Notes under the pieces: model-generated
The model's input: only the letters and a program-made list of their open reading frames with translations
The model's database searches: none
Told to the model about the DNA's origin: nothing
Made by a program: the position numbers and the translations under genes
Part shown: positions 48,174 through 62,844 of the stretch, one piece after another
Numbering within the stretch: position 1 is the first letter of the stretch
Layout of the letters: the number at the start of each line of letters is the position of its first letter
NCBI RefSeq assembly: GCF_001949145.1
Contig: NW_019091358.1
Coordinates: forward strand, 1-64,000
Source of the DNA: Acanthaster planci
Taxonomy: Eukaryota
DNA length: 64,000 nt
Direction of reading: 5' to 3'

Positions 48174-51100
48174 TACCCTGTTTTTTGGCAATGTTTAACA
48201 GTGCATCTGGATAGGGCGAAGACAGAAGAAGATGTCCGATTACTTTGGCTTATATACTTGTATGAAAGTCGTTTTAATCAAACATGCAAACAAAAAAGAA
48301 TATTTGCTGATTTTCTGTAGCAATATAAGCATCAAATCAGTATAGCCATTATAGCAAAACTTAATGACAAATACCACTTTAGAACTGGTGGACAGCCCAA
48401 TATACCCTGCATGTATAACCTCAAGGGGAACATAACTTTATAACCTTTTGCCCCTACTGCCCCAACTCCTAGCTAAACATGGGGTCACAATCCACGGGCT
48501 GGCCAACTCCTTCATGCCCAACTTTCCATTGTATGCCTTATTACATAATTCCCACTGCACTTGACCCTGCCCTGCTTAAGCTTGTCTCTGTACAGGCACT
48601 GGGCATAATGGAAAAATTGTGTAGCCTCAAAGTGAAACTTTTATTCACTATATTGATTAATCTAGCACTGCAATTTGCTCAAACATACCTAATGCTTAAT
48701 TTATATACACGAAATAAATCAGTTGTTTCTAGTGAGAGTCACAAATTTTCCCTATATGTTATTGAACTTCGTGGAAGTTTGCAGTTATAAAACCCAACGT
48801 TACCCTGGCAGTGCAAAGTTTAGTTCATGAGTTAAAGTACTTCCCATTAACAAATAGCATATTTGCAAGACAAAATATCATGTCTGATCTATGCAAAAGC
48901 TATTTAAATATTACATTCAATATTACAATCGTGAAACAAAAACAATCATGTCAGTCAGTAATAATATTTCATTATTTAACCTCATTCAGTTATCAGTCCA
49001 TTTATAACTTGATAAAATTGGACTAATTCAGCCACTTATCAACAGAAATAAAGCTTCTGGAAACTACATAAAAGAAAGAAATCAGCTCATTCCTGGTTAG
49101 GACAAAGACAGGAGAAGACCATGTCCCATTACTTTGGCAAAATAATGAAAGTAACCAGGCACATTCACAGGTGCTCTCTGCTGTCTTTGGCCTATTGCAC
49201 TTTTGATGGGGGTGTTTTCTATGGCAGTTTCCCTCTGGAGGGGCTATGCCGCAAAGGGGTTCTACAATCACATGTTGAATTTCACCAACACATTTTTAAA
49301 AAGTTGACGCTTGGATTGATTGTATTTTAATTTTGATCTTTTAGGTTATGGCGAGGATCCTTACATGTAAAAAACATGTCAGTGGACCAGTTGAGACACA
49401 TCCAACAACAAAAAAATCATTAAACATGTTCGAAATCTACCGCTATGAACACTGACCCCCTTACCATTCCTCCCCTTGACAATCTACGCCTGGATTTCAA
49501 CCTCGCTGCCACAAGATATATAGAGTGTACCCATGTAGCCATGGTTACACTGTTGCTCGGCAGGCAAGAACGCAGGAATGCACCTGGGTGCCTCAGAGGC
49601 CAACGATTTGGGAATATGGAGTCCACCAATCCGACCAATGACCCACTAAGTAGACAGGAATAGGCTTTTGTATTGGTTAAGAAGTCATCATCAGCCGGTG
49701 GCATCCTCAGAGACTTCCACCAGAGGGAGATGCGCATTTCATAGAATAATAGAGCTGCCAATCACTCTTCTCTGGAACGCTTTTCCAAGGATCTCAGATA
49801 AATTTATTTTGGGAGATTTTTGAAGCTAGAAAAATGACGATGTGCCCTTTATATAAGGTATTAGGCTTATGGTCTAAATTAAGTGAACCATGGAAAGGAA
49901 ACAAGAGAAAAACAAAACAAAACAAAAATGCCAGCAAAAGAGGGAGGTCCGAATGTAGAGAGCAAAACAAGCCATACAATATAATAAAATAAAAGAATTA
50001 TAAAAGTAAACATAAAAACAAAAAACTTAAAATGACAGATGGCCAGGTAATAAGCACAAGTTGCACTGGTACTTTTTATAAAAGCTGACCAAAACTCCTA
50101 GGTTCGAATACTTTTGATTCTGTCAGTAGCTTATCTCCAAATGCCAGGCAAGTCAATGACTGAAGTGGAACAAAAAAGAGCAAGTATTTACATTGTATTA
50201 GTTACATAGCAATACAAGTACTTTACGCCCAATCTTTTCCATACGTTTCTTTCAATCATCTCCACACAAAATAATAAAAAATGTGTACATACATGTACGT
50301 ATACAAATGTACACTGTATGGCAGTGCACTGAATAAGTGAAATCACGTACATGTACATTTACGTGTATTGCCTGGCTGGCAAGGTGATCGTCTTGAAGTA
50401 TTGAAATATGTATCACTATCAGAGACGTTTTCTTTTTGTTTGGGATCACAAAAGTTGTTCAGTTGGATTACATCTGGAAAGTCAAAGTTCAGTGATCAGC
50501 TGGCCAGTAGTCCACCATATGTGTTTAGCTACTACAAGCTGAGCTTTTTCCCAAATGTAAGCTTTGAAGTTTAAACTCATGGGATCAACTGGAGTGAGGA
50601 CGATGCCACTTTTCTTGCTGGTTCTAATGCTAGATTGGTTTTAAGCAATTCCCGATTGCGCGGGAACTTTTTCACAAATAAACAGAAACGGTGAAAGAAA
50701 TCAATTCTTCAGTCAAAACTATTATTACAAGTTGATTTTATGATGAAGCATTTCTTATTTTATGGAAATTTAGTTCATGTGTCAGAATACCAATAAATTA
50801 AAAATAACACCCACTGAACTGGCGTAAATTTTAACTTGACTTTTTTATTTGCTGCCACGCGCCTCCACCATTCCAACTAATCATGAAACTACAACCAGCC
50901 GGGCACTTTCATCCCAACCACCAATCATAAATCAAGACAAGTGTATTGCATATTCATTTTGATACTGCGCCAACAAATGCAAAGCTACAGCCCTTACACG
51001 TCACACGACAGGCATATTTACAAAGTTTACATGGGCACAACTTTGTCCGTTGTGTGCAGAAGGTGCCTGAACGTCACTAGTGCTAGTGCAGACCCGACTT

Positions 51101-51699
51101 CCCTTCATTTTGGTATGATCTTTGCCATTCAGTTTGGTGCTAATATTGTCACAGAGGGATTTTTGTTAACTAAGTTTTCCAGCTCAAAGGTCGAAAACTG
51201 ATAGGAAAAATCCCCACCTCACATCCAATTTATATTCTCGCGATTTTGAACACACTAAGCTCGAGTGTGTACATGTATGCCTGATTCAGAAGTTTTAGGA
51301 GCAATTCAGACGTAAGCCAAAAGTGTTGCCTGCATGGCACTTTCGTCGATCCTGTATGGACAAACAAAATGCTTTATCTTCGAAAATGTTTTTGTGATGC
51401 CTGCTACATACAAGGTAAACTACTGACAACATTTCAGTAGAATTTGAAGATAACTTGAGCTGCAGTCAAACTGAATACATGTACTTTTCGTTGTGGGAAA
51501 CTGCTCCAGTCAACAGAGGCCTTGCTGTTCTGGTGTTTGCGTGTAGCGTGTGGGTGTTTATACTCGGCAGATCGGATTGTTGTGTCGGCGTTCTCTGTTA
51601 TGCAGGGGTCAGCGTGTTCCGTGTTTGCAGTTAACTGCTTTCGTGTCTGTTTGACTCAATACCTGCCGACACGCTAAGGTTTTGTATATGTGATGTTAT

Positions 51700-52324
51700 T
51701 TTACTTCACATCGCATTCGCGTGAAGTACAACTCGTGGTGTAAAGATAGAATAGTGGATAATAGAGGATCCTTTAATGCCAGGTTCACACCGATAATGAT
51801 TCCATAAAGCATTTGCTCCTAGGTAATTTGCCACGGGGCAAACATGTTCAACATTTGCCAACTCTCAAATAATTGGGGCGAACGTTAACATGATTTTGTT
51901 TCACGTAACTTGGTGCCGAATTTGTACTGCAAATTTTCAAACTAAATTCACCCACTGCACAAAATTTGCAGCTGATAATGCTTCAAGTCAAAACTGCATT
52001 TCAACATGTTAAAATTCGAGGAAAGAACATAATATGTGAATGTTTCTCCGAGTCCATCATTTTATTCCAACAATATCCTTTCCGCAGAAAGAGTGCAATA
52101 TGTAAATGTATCTCCTACTTGATCATGTTTTTCAACACCATCCAGTCCGTGGAAAGAATGTGACATAGTTTCTCTGCAACAGTAGTGCCCAGTTGGGCCA
52201 GCTCATTAACCCTATACGTGCACAAGCACACACAGGTGTGCAGTTCGCGAAGTTATCAACCTCTCAGCATTAACAGACTTTCCGTTAAAAAAGCGGACTT
52301 TCCGCGGAAGAACGATAAGGCATG
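51700..52324. repeat. inverted homologue of 3281-3960
   Basis: For example TTGGTGCCGAATTTG here versus CAAATTCGGCACCAA near 3705. Colinear to the TIR-like end GAAGAACGATAAGGC. Confidence 0.85.
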
Positions 52325-55128
52325 ACAGTACAGTGGTCCATGCCATATTACTTAATACATAGATATACAAAGAAGTCAGGCCAATGCAACTCACTTTCTA
52401 TGGGTTACATGCTTTAGTGGCTGTACATTGTGTATGAAAACTTCAAAATAAGGGGGTCATCAGGTCAACTCGTACGGCAAACAAAGTCTAAAGCTTGACC
52501 AAGAGACAATTCGTATCTCTTACTTTTGATAAATCAACGCACAGAATCTGTCGAATATTCACAAAACAGTCAGTCTATTACATACTCCATGGATATGATA
52601 GGTGATAAGTCCTAACTTAAATGTATATACAAAATCTGCACACATTTCTCAACGCAGTTAAGGGCACAACTTATTCCCAGCCTAGGTTGTAAGTCATAGT
52701 GACTGGAAAATACTCAAATATTCCAATAAACACATGTCTTAAGCTAAATATAGAAGCAAAGCTTTCTGAGGAAATATCTCTTTTGGATCTAGTCATAGAA
52801 CATTACTGGCTTGTGGAAATTACAAGATACCAAACCTTCAACATCATAAATTTGTTTGGGCTTCTCAAAATATCCCAGAGTAGACTTCAAACAAGTAAAT
52901 ATCAATCGATACACTTCTTTTCACAATATACAACAAGAGTCACAGTGAAAATGCAATGACTAAACTCCAGAAGAGACACACAATAGTATAAAATGATATA
53001 AATAGGAACTCTAACTTACCTAAAATAGAAAGCCAACACTTGTGAACATAGGACGAAGACTTGGATTTGAGGTCCTCCAGTCCAAAGAAAAATGGTGCAG
53101 CGTGCAGACAGAATTCAGGAGGCTTGTAATCAGCATGATGGCAAAGCTTGGAATGCCAAGCTTGCCAAAACTTCGGGGCAAACTGCCACCCAGACATGCC
53201 CTTGCCACATGACTAGCTCAGGCTCTCATTGGATAACTTAAAAAATGTCACACTTGACTTCAATACTGATTGGTCATGTAGTATCTAGGTAGATGAGCAC
53301 TCAGTAGAAATTTATGGCTTTCACAGCTTGGGTAAGGTATGAACAACAACTAGGGATTAAGAGTCCCAACATTCTGCTGATCTCCTGTAAAATTTACCGG
53401 GAGTGTACACACTGGTGTTCTACACTGTCGTCAGAGATTAAAGGCAGTGGATACAAAGGGCATCCTGTGATCTCCTAGGAAAGCAGGAATATTAAAGATA
53501 AACTGGAGAAAGAGCAGGCTATCTGACAAAAGGAATAGGCAAGATCAAAGGTTCACCACTGGAACACTGCTTATCAGTAAAATGGTCAAAAGCTTAAGAA
53601 AGAACAATTAACGTATGCAAAATGAAAAACATAGTCATTAAAAAAAATTAAATTTGAAGATATAACCTAAGACCTCTTTTGGGATGGGGTTTAACAAACA
53701 TTGTTAACAGAAAGCACTTGAAAGAAGTGATGTGATCCACAAACCGTAGCATATGGAACTTGGCACTGTGTGTAAATCTTAATTGTTTAGTTCCACAGTG
53801 CAAGTGGGATTGTGCAGGCATGGCATGTACATATTGTGGACCTGTTGACAAAAGGAGTCCACATAATTAGGGTATGATTGCACATGTCCACACAATGTTT
53901 TCCCCTTTCTGAAAAACAGTTTCAAAGGCATTTTGAGGTCAAGGTTATCGTGGCGAAATGAAGAGGAACAGTCCAGGTGATCATCATCAAAAATCCACCT
54001 CAAAGGAGTTATCCTAGTTGGAGAAAAAGAAGTATTTCCCTCAAGTTTCCTTAACCACAGGAGAACAAAGGAATGTCCACACTTTGTATGTAAAACAGGT
54101 ATACATGATTTCATGAAAAGTTGCTTGGCTGTCCTGTGTTTAAATTGTATCATCTTGGATGACGATGATCACAGCTTTTTCAATGGTTGTTCTTTTGCAG
54201 TGCTTGGCCAGTCTTAAATGTAGGTTTAAGACCGGCTCAGGAGAATGGATGTGCCTAATGCCCTTGCCTGCAGCTGGGACATGATCAGCATTCAGTCTTC
54301 TGAGCTAGTCTTAGTGAACCAGTGATTTTGTTCTAAATTTTACTTTCTTGTTCCCGAAAAGCCCTGTTCATTTATGGTATATTCCTTTTGCAACTTGACC
54401 AATAGATTCTCCTTACACATAGATTTGGTGCACGCGTGACAAGCTGCATGCACATAGACTGTTGACTTACCAGAATTGATTAAACTGTCTTGCATCAAGG
54501 TGCCAGCATGTGGCATTATCACTTCTCAGCGGGCATTATCAAATGTTAATACAACATCGAGTTGCACGTCGTTTAATAGGGAGACTGTCTGAGGTATTTA
54601 TGAATACAGTTAGTACCTTCTACCATTTTGAAAAAGTATCTGTCTTTCCTCAGAACTGAGAATAAAACCTTGAAGTTCTCTCACAGCCAAACAACTTTTC
54701 ATTACCTCCCAAATTATATGTTTCTCACATAAAACTTTGTCAAGTTGAGCAATGACAAGCATTACAGTAGACATAATTAGTTGAATAATCATCCATTTCA
54801 AATTTATTGTGTGGAGCTTATTCCAGCTGAAATGTATAGTACGTGAAATCATGCCATTGCATAAAGTTTGGTGAAATCAGCTGTGTACTATCCAATACTA
54901 TCACGTATATATATGAATGTTCATTTATCCAATCTGAAGTAAAGAAACAAAAGCAAAAAATTACTTTGAGATGTCAAGTTTTAGAAATTTGTCAAACTTA
55001 ATGTCAATAAGGTTCATGAACAGTTATTAGCTTTCAACTTTAAATAACGGCCAACTTATATTGTTCTTCCCTGTTTTTATTAGAAGCATCTCCAGCTTGG
55101 AATTGAATTGAAACTGTGTCATTATTAT

Positions 55129-55703
55129 CCACTTCATGCCGGGGCATTTTTCAATGTTGACGATGCCGGGCCGGCATGACTATCATTTTTTCCATTTTCA
55201 AAATCCTTCAAAAATCCATCATTTCCTTTCACGGTTGTTTATAGCTGCACCAAGTAATCTTTAGGTACTAGGTTACCCTCATTGACGCCCGAGTATTTCA
55301 GCCAGGCCTGCAGCCTTGTAAAAAGAGCCCAGATTGTGCGGTGTTATGCAACTTTCTTTTGTTCACGAACCTGGCACAGTGCACTGCTGACCTCTTTTCA
55401 ATAGGGGCCAGATTAGCGTGCAGCGGTGCTGTGTGGCTCATCGCTGCGGTAGTGGAGTGCTTTTGTCCCCGGTGGTAATCCACTCACTATAAATGCCCCA
55501 AACCCTGGTATACTGTTTCAAAACAAGGATGGATTATCACCACTTTTGAGAGTGAAAAATGTTGGTAATGCCCAGCAGCCTGGTCTTTTGTTGGGAGTAC
55601 GGTCTTTTGTTACAGGGCCCTGTTTCCTTTGTCCGAGTTCGGAGACCCCGGCCACGCATATAAACCATACGTCTCCGATTCCGGAGTCCCCGGCAGGAAG
55701 TGG
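55129..55703. mobile_element. piggyBac-type MITE with TTAT target duplication
   Basis: TTAT|CCACTTCATGCCGGGG ... CCCCGGCAGGAAGTGG|TTAT. Inverted copy at 62845-63389. Confidence 0.8.
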
Positions 55704-55812
55704 TTATTATTATCATTATTATTAAGAAATGCCTTGAACCAAAACATTGTTTTCACAAACAAACCAGTTCATTCCAGAGATGATGTCTCTATGCAAACAC
55801 TTGCCCTGAAAC

Positions 55813-56606
55813 AAGAGGTATAGCAACAGTTTCTTTTGGCTGGAGCAGAGTCACTGACTCCTGTCAAGTGACTTGGATTAGAGTCGAATTCGAGTTGCTA
55901 TTTTTGTGACTTGGCTTGTAAATACCAGCTTTGACTTTTGGCTTAACTTGGACTTGCAAAAATGACTTGTTACCAACTCAAGTCAGACGCTACTCTACCA
56001 GCCCCATATATTTTTAATTAAGCTATTCAGCTTTACGCCTTACGCATATAGAAAATGAACCTCGGCTTGCGTGACTTCTATTTCATCTAGTCTAGCTGCA
56101 GCTTTAGATCAGAGCAGTATGCCTGTCATGCTGGCATGTTGCATTGCCTTGATGCATGACTAGGATAAACGGTGCTCTCAGTATGTCATTATTTCATCTC
56201 AATGCTTATTTCCACCCAGCAGAGTATATTTATGAAATTAAAACGGAGGTCCAATGTACGACAGATATGTGATTAACTGCAAAAATTGTAAATACAGCAC
56301 AAGTGAAAAGGGAAATTACAGAGGCATTGTTAAAATAATTGGAGAAGAGGTGTTCCGCTGTCCGAAATTCGTAAATTTGTAAGTTGACGCCTGGTAATTT
56401 GCATATTACAGCTGGAGAAAATAATGTGCAGCTTGACCTGTACTTGGACAAAGAGACTTGTGACTTGACATGTGTTTATACCAAAAGACTTGTGACTTGA
56501 CTTGTGGCTGGACCTAATGACTTGCAACTTGAATTGGACTTACATATACATGTAATGACTTGTGACTTGACTTGGACTCTCAAAAAATGACTTGCTGCCA
56601 CCTCTG
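55813..56606. mobile_element. MITE-like element with GACTTG subterminal repeats (hAT-like)
   Basis: Dense (T)GACTTG arrays at 55860-55985 and 56455-56595. Right end CTTGCTGCCACCTCTG; left boundary approximate. Confidence 0.55.
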
Positions 56607-56841
56607 GGCTATAGAATTCAAATTGTTACGTTTATTTGCAATTTTTTTTCAAATATAACCCATAAAAGGCTTATTTTGTGGCATGTATTGGGTGCTTTCA
56701 TGTATCATGCCAATTTTAAGCAATCTATTGTATTAAGCTGACATAATGCACACATACCTATACATGCAGGGTAACAAAAGATTAATGCAGTACATTTTAT
56801 TTTATAAAATCTGACGTTCAAAATTATGTGAACATTTTCAG

Positions 56842-56912
56842 GGCATTCTTTAGATGTTAACAGCAACTTGGAAGTGTTAAACCTGTCCGGGAACAACATC
56901 AGCTCATTTAGA
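56842..56912 (+). CDS. LRRC9: LRRC9 coding exon (71 nt, phase 1/0)
   Basis: TTTCAG|GG CAT...AGA|GTAAGT. (G)HSLDVNSNLEVLNLSGNNISSFR; phase matches the previous exon. Confidence 0.9.
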
Positions 56913-57029
56913 GTAAGTTATAAAACACAACACTTCCTCCTGTTTGTTTTTTCTGGTGTTTCTCGTACGTTTGTTTTTGTGAGTATTTTTTTTGGTTTTG
57001 TTGTGTGTGTGTCTGTGTGTCCGGAGTCT

Positions 57030-59215
57030 ACTGCACTCTACCTACCCACACAGTCACTACATATGCAAACTTCCTATGCACATATAGCTATTCGCTGAAA
57101 AGATTTGATCATCCATGGTGCCCCTTGACCTCCCTTTATGCACTGCGGTCATGCTGCCATGTTCGTCCTTCTTTTCTCAGCGCCGTATCGCAGTGGACGT
57201 GTCTTTTAGACATCTTCAAGTTTTTTAGTGCCTTTTTCGCTACACGGTTCTGTGACTTGAATCATCCGGTTGTATTTCCTTAATAAACTTTTATCTTGTG
57301 TGATTTTAATTTTGTTGGTAAAAGTGCTATTACCTTGTTTTTGGTGTCCTTTTCTTTCTTTTTCTGTGTGTGCATTCTGCAGGTGTTTACCGTCAGTGTT
57401 ACAAGGAACGGTCAAGCCTACACTCCCCGTAGGCCTTGCCGCTTGAGTGGGCACATTCACACGTTAGCGGCCCATACAATCCACACAACCCTAGCTGCAT
57501 GAGAGGGCGGATTGTTATCTTTAGCAGTTTCCTCTTTAACCGCTCGAGTGGGCGTTTCCTTATTTAAGCAGCCATTGTGGATTACGGCCTAACCACTTGA
57601 GTGGGTGATTCTCGATCAAGCGGGAGGGCGGGGACAAGGCCTAGCCGCATGAGTGATTCACTCGTATATGTGGCTCTGACGACGATATAGGCCTTAGCCG
57701 TGAGCGAGGGGGGGGTCCCTAACGGGATGTGCCTCCTGCTCGACAGTTGTGCACAGAGCCGACTGATGTGGCTGGATTGAGCCTTCATTGTTCGCATGAG
57801 TTCTGATCTCTTACGGAATGAGGGCAAGGCCAAGCCGCATGAGTGGGCGCTCCGTATCCTAAGCAGTTCAGACGAGGACTCCGGCCTTCAACGTGATGCT
57901 GGGTTCCGCGGTAGTCAGAAGTCCCCCCGGACATTCTTGACTTATGACCATTCTATTTCTGCCCTCCAATAGACAACTTAGTCAACCGAGCCAGCACCTC
58001 CACCGACCATTTAAGATGCAACGAGTCGGCTGATTGACCACCTATGGTTCAGAAAGGCCAGCAGGCCAACGGGGCTCCTCTCTCCCCAGCGCCCACAACA
58101 GCTACCGGTCGTCGTAGCTCTGCAGCAGGCAAGGCAGCATCCTCGGTAGCATCAGCCGACCAGACATGTATAGTCGGCCTCATACCAACAATGCCAGGAC
58201 GAGCCCCCCACATTCTACTGGGTCAGCCCTCTTAATGATTCCTCGGCTCACGGTACCGGGACACCCAACAAGAATTCACTAGGCACCGAGGAGCCTATGG
58301 GGCCACTACGCCAGCACGCAAGGCCGCATCCTTGGTAGCATCGGCCGACCAGACATCTAGTTGGCCTCATACCGACAACGCTAGGTCGGTGATTTTCCCC
58401 TTTCAATTTTGATTTCCTGGCATGACAGTGATGCTGATCATTCTTGGGCCAAGTTCCTATTGTTTTCGGGACGGCCCTTATAAAGGCAATACCGGGCCAC
58501 GGAGCCCGCTGGCCATTTGGGCGGTTGGGGCCTCTGAACTCTGTACACCCTGTTTTCCGGCTACCTTCTAGGAAGACTAATTCTACCCTCTTGGTCCCCT
58601 GCCCACTCTGGGAATACCCCCTTTTAGAGACAGCGCCGGGCAATGCGGGTACAACACCGCCTGCATCCTGGCATTGGTACCGCCATGAATCACAAATCTC
58701 CCTATTCATGCCACATGTCTGACAAGGGTGACGGTAGGAAGACCCCACGTCGCTCATGGGCCAGCCCTACTGAGCGCCCCAATACTCCATACCTTTGTTC
58801 TCAGTCACCCTTCGTTGAGGGCATGCAGGTATGGGTAGATAGTACATGTTACAGGGCCACCCCCTGCATCAGTCGGCGTGACTTATCATTATTCTGTGCA
58901 TCAACCCTCCACTTGTGTCCGTCCTACGTTGGCAGGTGCAGAGCCAAGAAACAATGACTATGTACAAGCAGTCTACTGGATACAACCTTCCCTCTTCTGG
59001 TGCCTGTTCTCGGAGGCCTGCGGGAGACGATCCCGCATTTTGCCCGCAGACCTATGTATTAGGTTTGTATTGGGTGGGTTATATGTTAATTAATATACTG
59101 GGGGATCCTGCTTGACAAGCCTCTGTTTCTTGGGACCCCCCATCAACATTTCTTTATTTATTCATGACATATTGTAATTAACAGTTATGTTGTAAATAAA
59201 GAATGAATGAATGAC
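57030..59215 (+). mobile_element. degenerate or non-autonomous element sharing its 5' region with the DIRS element at 28380
   Basis: 57040-57250 is a direct homologue of 28410-28620 (ATTCGCTGAAA.GA.TTGATCAT.CATG..GCC.CTTGACC.TCC...ATGCACTGCGG). The GC-rich interior has no recognisable RT. Boundaries approximate. Confidence 0.5.
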
Positions 59216-60120
59216 ACCTCCCCGATCGCCATACGCCTGATCTCACCGATGTCTGACACAGTGACCCACTGCAACCTGCTCCATTTCTGGCCATGCCCTG
59301 GTGATGACACCGTTTGCATTTTGACCCATTACTGCATTTCTCCTGTCTGCGTCCGCGCCTCGGGTGTACAAATTTACCGAGCTTTGCGCTGTGGTGGATT
59401 CTACATGCATGTTATTATCCTGTAATACTGCACTTTTCCGGGGGCTTTCTCGTACTACTGTACGTTGACACACGTACAACAACTTTGACCTATGGTGCTT
59501 TCTCCACAAATCTTCCACACAGCCTGACTATGTCCGGTTCACTGTCCGGATGTGAGTTCTCCCCTTGTGGGCATGTCCAGATGTTTTGACTGTTATGAGG
59601 TCTGACAGAAGTGGGTCTACCATCGGCCCCAAATTTTGTCACACTGACACCTCGTGTTATCTCTTCCGGTTACGCCCTGCGTGATTGAAACAAAGAGCAA
59701 TACTTGACTGGTATCGTTCTATATTTCCCTAATATTACTTTAATTCCTTTGCCAAAGTAATCGGACATCCTCAATATGGTATTCTTCTGTCTTTTTCCTA
59801 TCCAGGAATGAAGTTTCTTTCTTGTAGCTGTAGTTTCCAGAAGCTTTTTTTCTGTGGATAAGTGGCTAAATTAGTCCAATCTTATCATTCTCTTCTCAAG
59901 TTATAAATGAACTGATAATTGTTAATTACTGAAATATTGTTACTAACATGATTGATTTTGTTTCGTGATTGTAATATTGAATATACTATTTTAAGTAGCT
60001 TTTGCATAGATCAGACATGATATTTTGTCTCGCAAATGCGCTATTTGTTCATGGAAATTCATGAACTACACTTCGCACTGCCAGGATAATGTGGGGTTTT
60101 ATAACTGCAAAGTTCCTGGA

Positions 60121-61535
60121 AATGGATCAGCGCAAATATGGGGAATAATTTCCTCATAAAATTCCCCCAAGGTGTTTACTTTGGAAGTGGCAGTTGGCCT
60201 ATGGATGCAGTTGGAGAAAAGCAAAAAACAAAAAGGGGCTTTCAAATTCATCTTATCTTGATACAATTACCACAAGCAGCCGATTCATTGTGTCAGTGCT
60301 ATATTGTCCTATTTGAAAACTTGCACTAAGAGCTATGTATTGAAAAATATTGTTTAAACATGAATTTTGGGATGAAAAAGTGGTTGAAATTTAAATATTC
60401 TTGCCCTAAAAACTAGTTTGAGAAAGGAGCCCATTGTAATTAAATGTTACTTTCATACAAAAGGAATGTGCAGACATGTACGAAATCCACAGCGAAAACC
60501 CAGATCGTCACAGAGGATTTTGATGTAGTCGAGTCAAAGTGCCGGGGTGCCATGGGTGATGAACGTATAACACTAAATCCTTTACGGACGTCTCAGAAAT
60601 CACAATGGAAATTCATCCAATCCCAAAATTTGTTAAGGGGGGGAGAGTTTGAGTTGTCATTGAGGATTTTAAAATCTGTTGCAGTGAATTTTGGGGAAAG
60701 CATTTCAGTCTTAAAGTGACTTAGACAGGACGGGATTGTCAGAAAATGGGCAAGTAGTATGGGGGCCAGGTATATGTTCCTTCGTCTCAGAAAAGAGTTT
60801 TAGTTTTACCAAAAATTGCAGTTCGCCTTCTGGAAAACGGTAGACCTACTGCTTTAGACGGACTAGTTTGCGGTATATATATCTGTAATCTCAACCAATC
60901 AATTCCAAAATTATACATCAAGGAATTCAAGATGCAGTTTGTATTATTTCATGCCATGTTTGAGTGATACCTCCATGCATTTTTCCGGTAGTTGTGACGT
61001 TTGCAAATTTTGCATAATCTTCGGAGCAAAATGGAATTGTGGTTAAAAACTCTCCACCGATGGCAGCCAAATTTTCGGGAATAATAAAACAATGCGGTCG
61101 ATCGTTGGTTCTGGTTTGTGGTACGGCATGATGGAGGTACTTCGTTTGTCACTCGCTCCTAACGGTTTACATGTACTGCGAGGGATACAGAACATTCGCT
61201 TGTACTTGTCTCGAACTTCACTCGTTTACTGCGCACAAACTCTTGGGTGTTTACCGAGGGCCTTCGCTCGCAAGTTTCCGGAGAACGTTTTGGGCTGTAC
61301 TATATTGTACACGCATACACAAAGCTGGAGCGACAGCCCTGCCTGTGGAGTGGTTCACTATACGTTGTCGGTCACTTTACGGTCTGCCGTCACAAGCCCT
61401 GCTGAGATAATGAGTTCCGGGGTCAGGCTTACCATGCATTGGACAAGCAATGCACGGTAAAAACCACAAAGTGTGCACTGAACAGCATGTCTGGTTCACT
61501 GACCGTGTTAGCTAAAATTTTGACCTGTACTGTAG
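60121..61535. repeat. inverted copy of 41979-43662, lacking the hairpin insertion
   Basis: Reverse-complement alignment, with a single GGCCAGGTAT at 60764-60773 (empty site). Confidence 0.9.
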
Positions 61536-61859
61536 ATGTTGTCAGCACCAATTTTTTTGTTTTGCTGAGTTTTGTTGTGTTGTGGCTACAATCCTGGACA
61601 AAATAATTGGAACACCATGTGGGAAGCACGTTGAAAAGATCCCCCCTCTCCCCCATTCAATGTTGCAGTCATTTATTGGACCAAGATTCATCCCAGCTTA
61701 CCCAATGAGAAACATTGACGTGGTGATGGGGAGGCATGTTCCAACAAGATTTTTCTAGGAATGTGGGCAACATGTCATGCTGTCATGCATGTCTTTGGTA
61801 CAACATTTATGGTGTATGTCATTGAAAGCTTAAAACCTTGTTTAATTTTATATTCATAG

Positions 61860-62156
<297 letters not shown>

Positions 62157-62844
62157 TGAAACAACCAAATTTGGTTATTCCAAGTTAATTATAAAAAATT
62201 ATTGTGTACTTGTGTAACTTGAGTTCTATGAACACCAAATTATACTGTACTTGTAGCTTGTGACAGATCATCTGAGTGTAACTTATAGTGCACCATAGTA
62301 CTCATTGGTCAAATCCATAAAAAGACCAGCAGTTTTTCTGTCCCTTGTTGATAGCGGGCATTTTCAGAAATGACATTTACTCAGTAGAAGGTCTTTTGTG
62401 TTTGAATTAACTCAAAACAAGCCTTTTAATTGTTGGAAAATGTGGTAAATATCTTTTATTATCACATAGAGGAGCCCAGCCCCAGTGTACATATGTACAA
62501 TGAGCAATTTGCGTCTATTCTTGTCTCTTTGCAGAGTGTCCATTATTAAACAAACCTCATTAATTTGTTGACTCTTCCATGACTTTGATGTGCAATTATG
62601 CAGTGTCTCAAAGTATATATCGGTCTGACAATCCTCTTTCCAAAATTGCTTGATAACATGTACATGTACACTGTATAAACAAATCTTACATTTCAGCCTT
62701 CTCTATTTGACTTCATCAGCCCTTGTTATTACAGAGTTTGAAAGTGAATTCTCTTTCTTGTCCTCTACATTAGCACCCATTCCATACTTTGTCTTCATTT
62801 TCCCAAAGTATATGTCATTATATAATAATGCCCATGGATATGAA

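Noticed and set aside
49380..49990. Possible 3' end of an L1/Tx1 LINE followed by an A-rich tail
   Set aside because: Only a vague resemblance, with no intact CCHC or RT motif.
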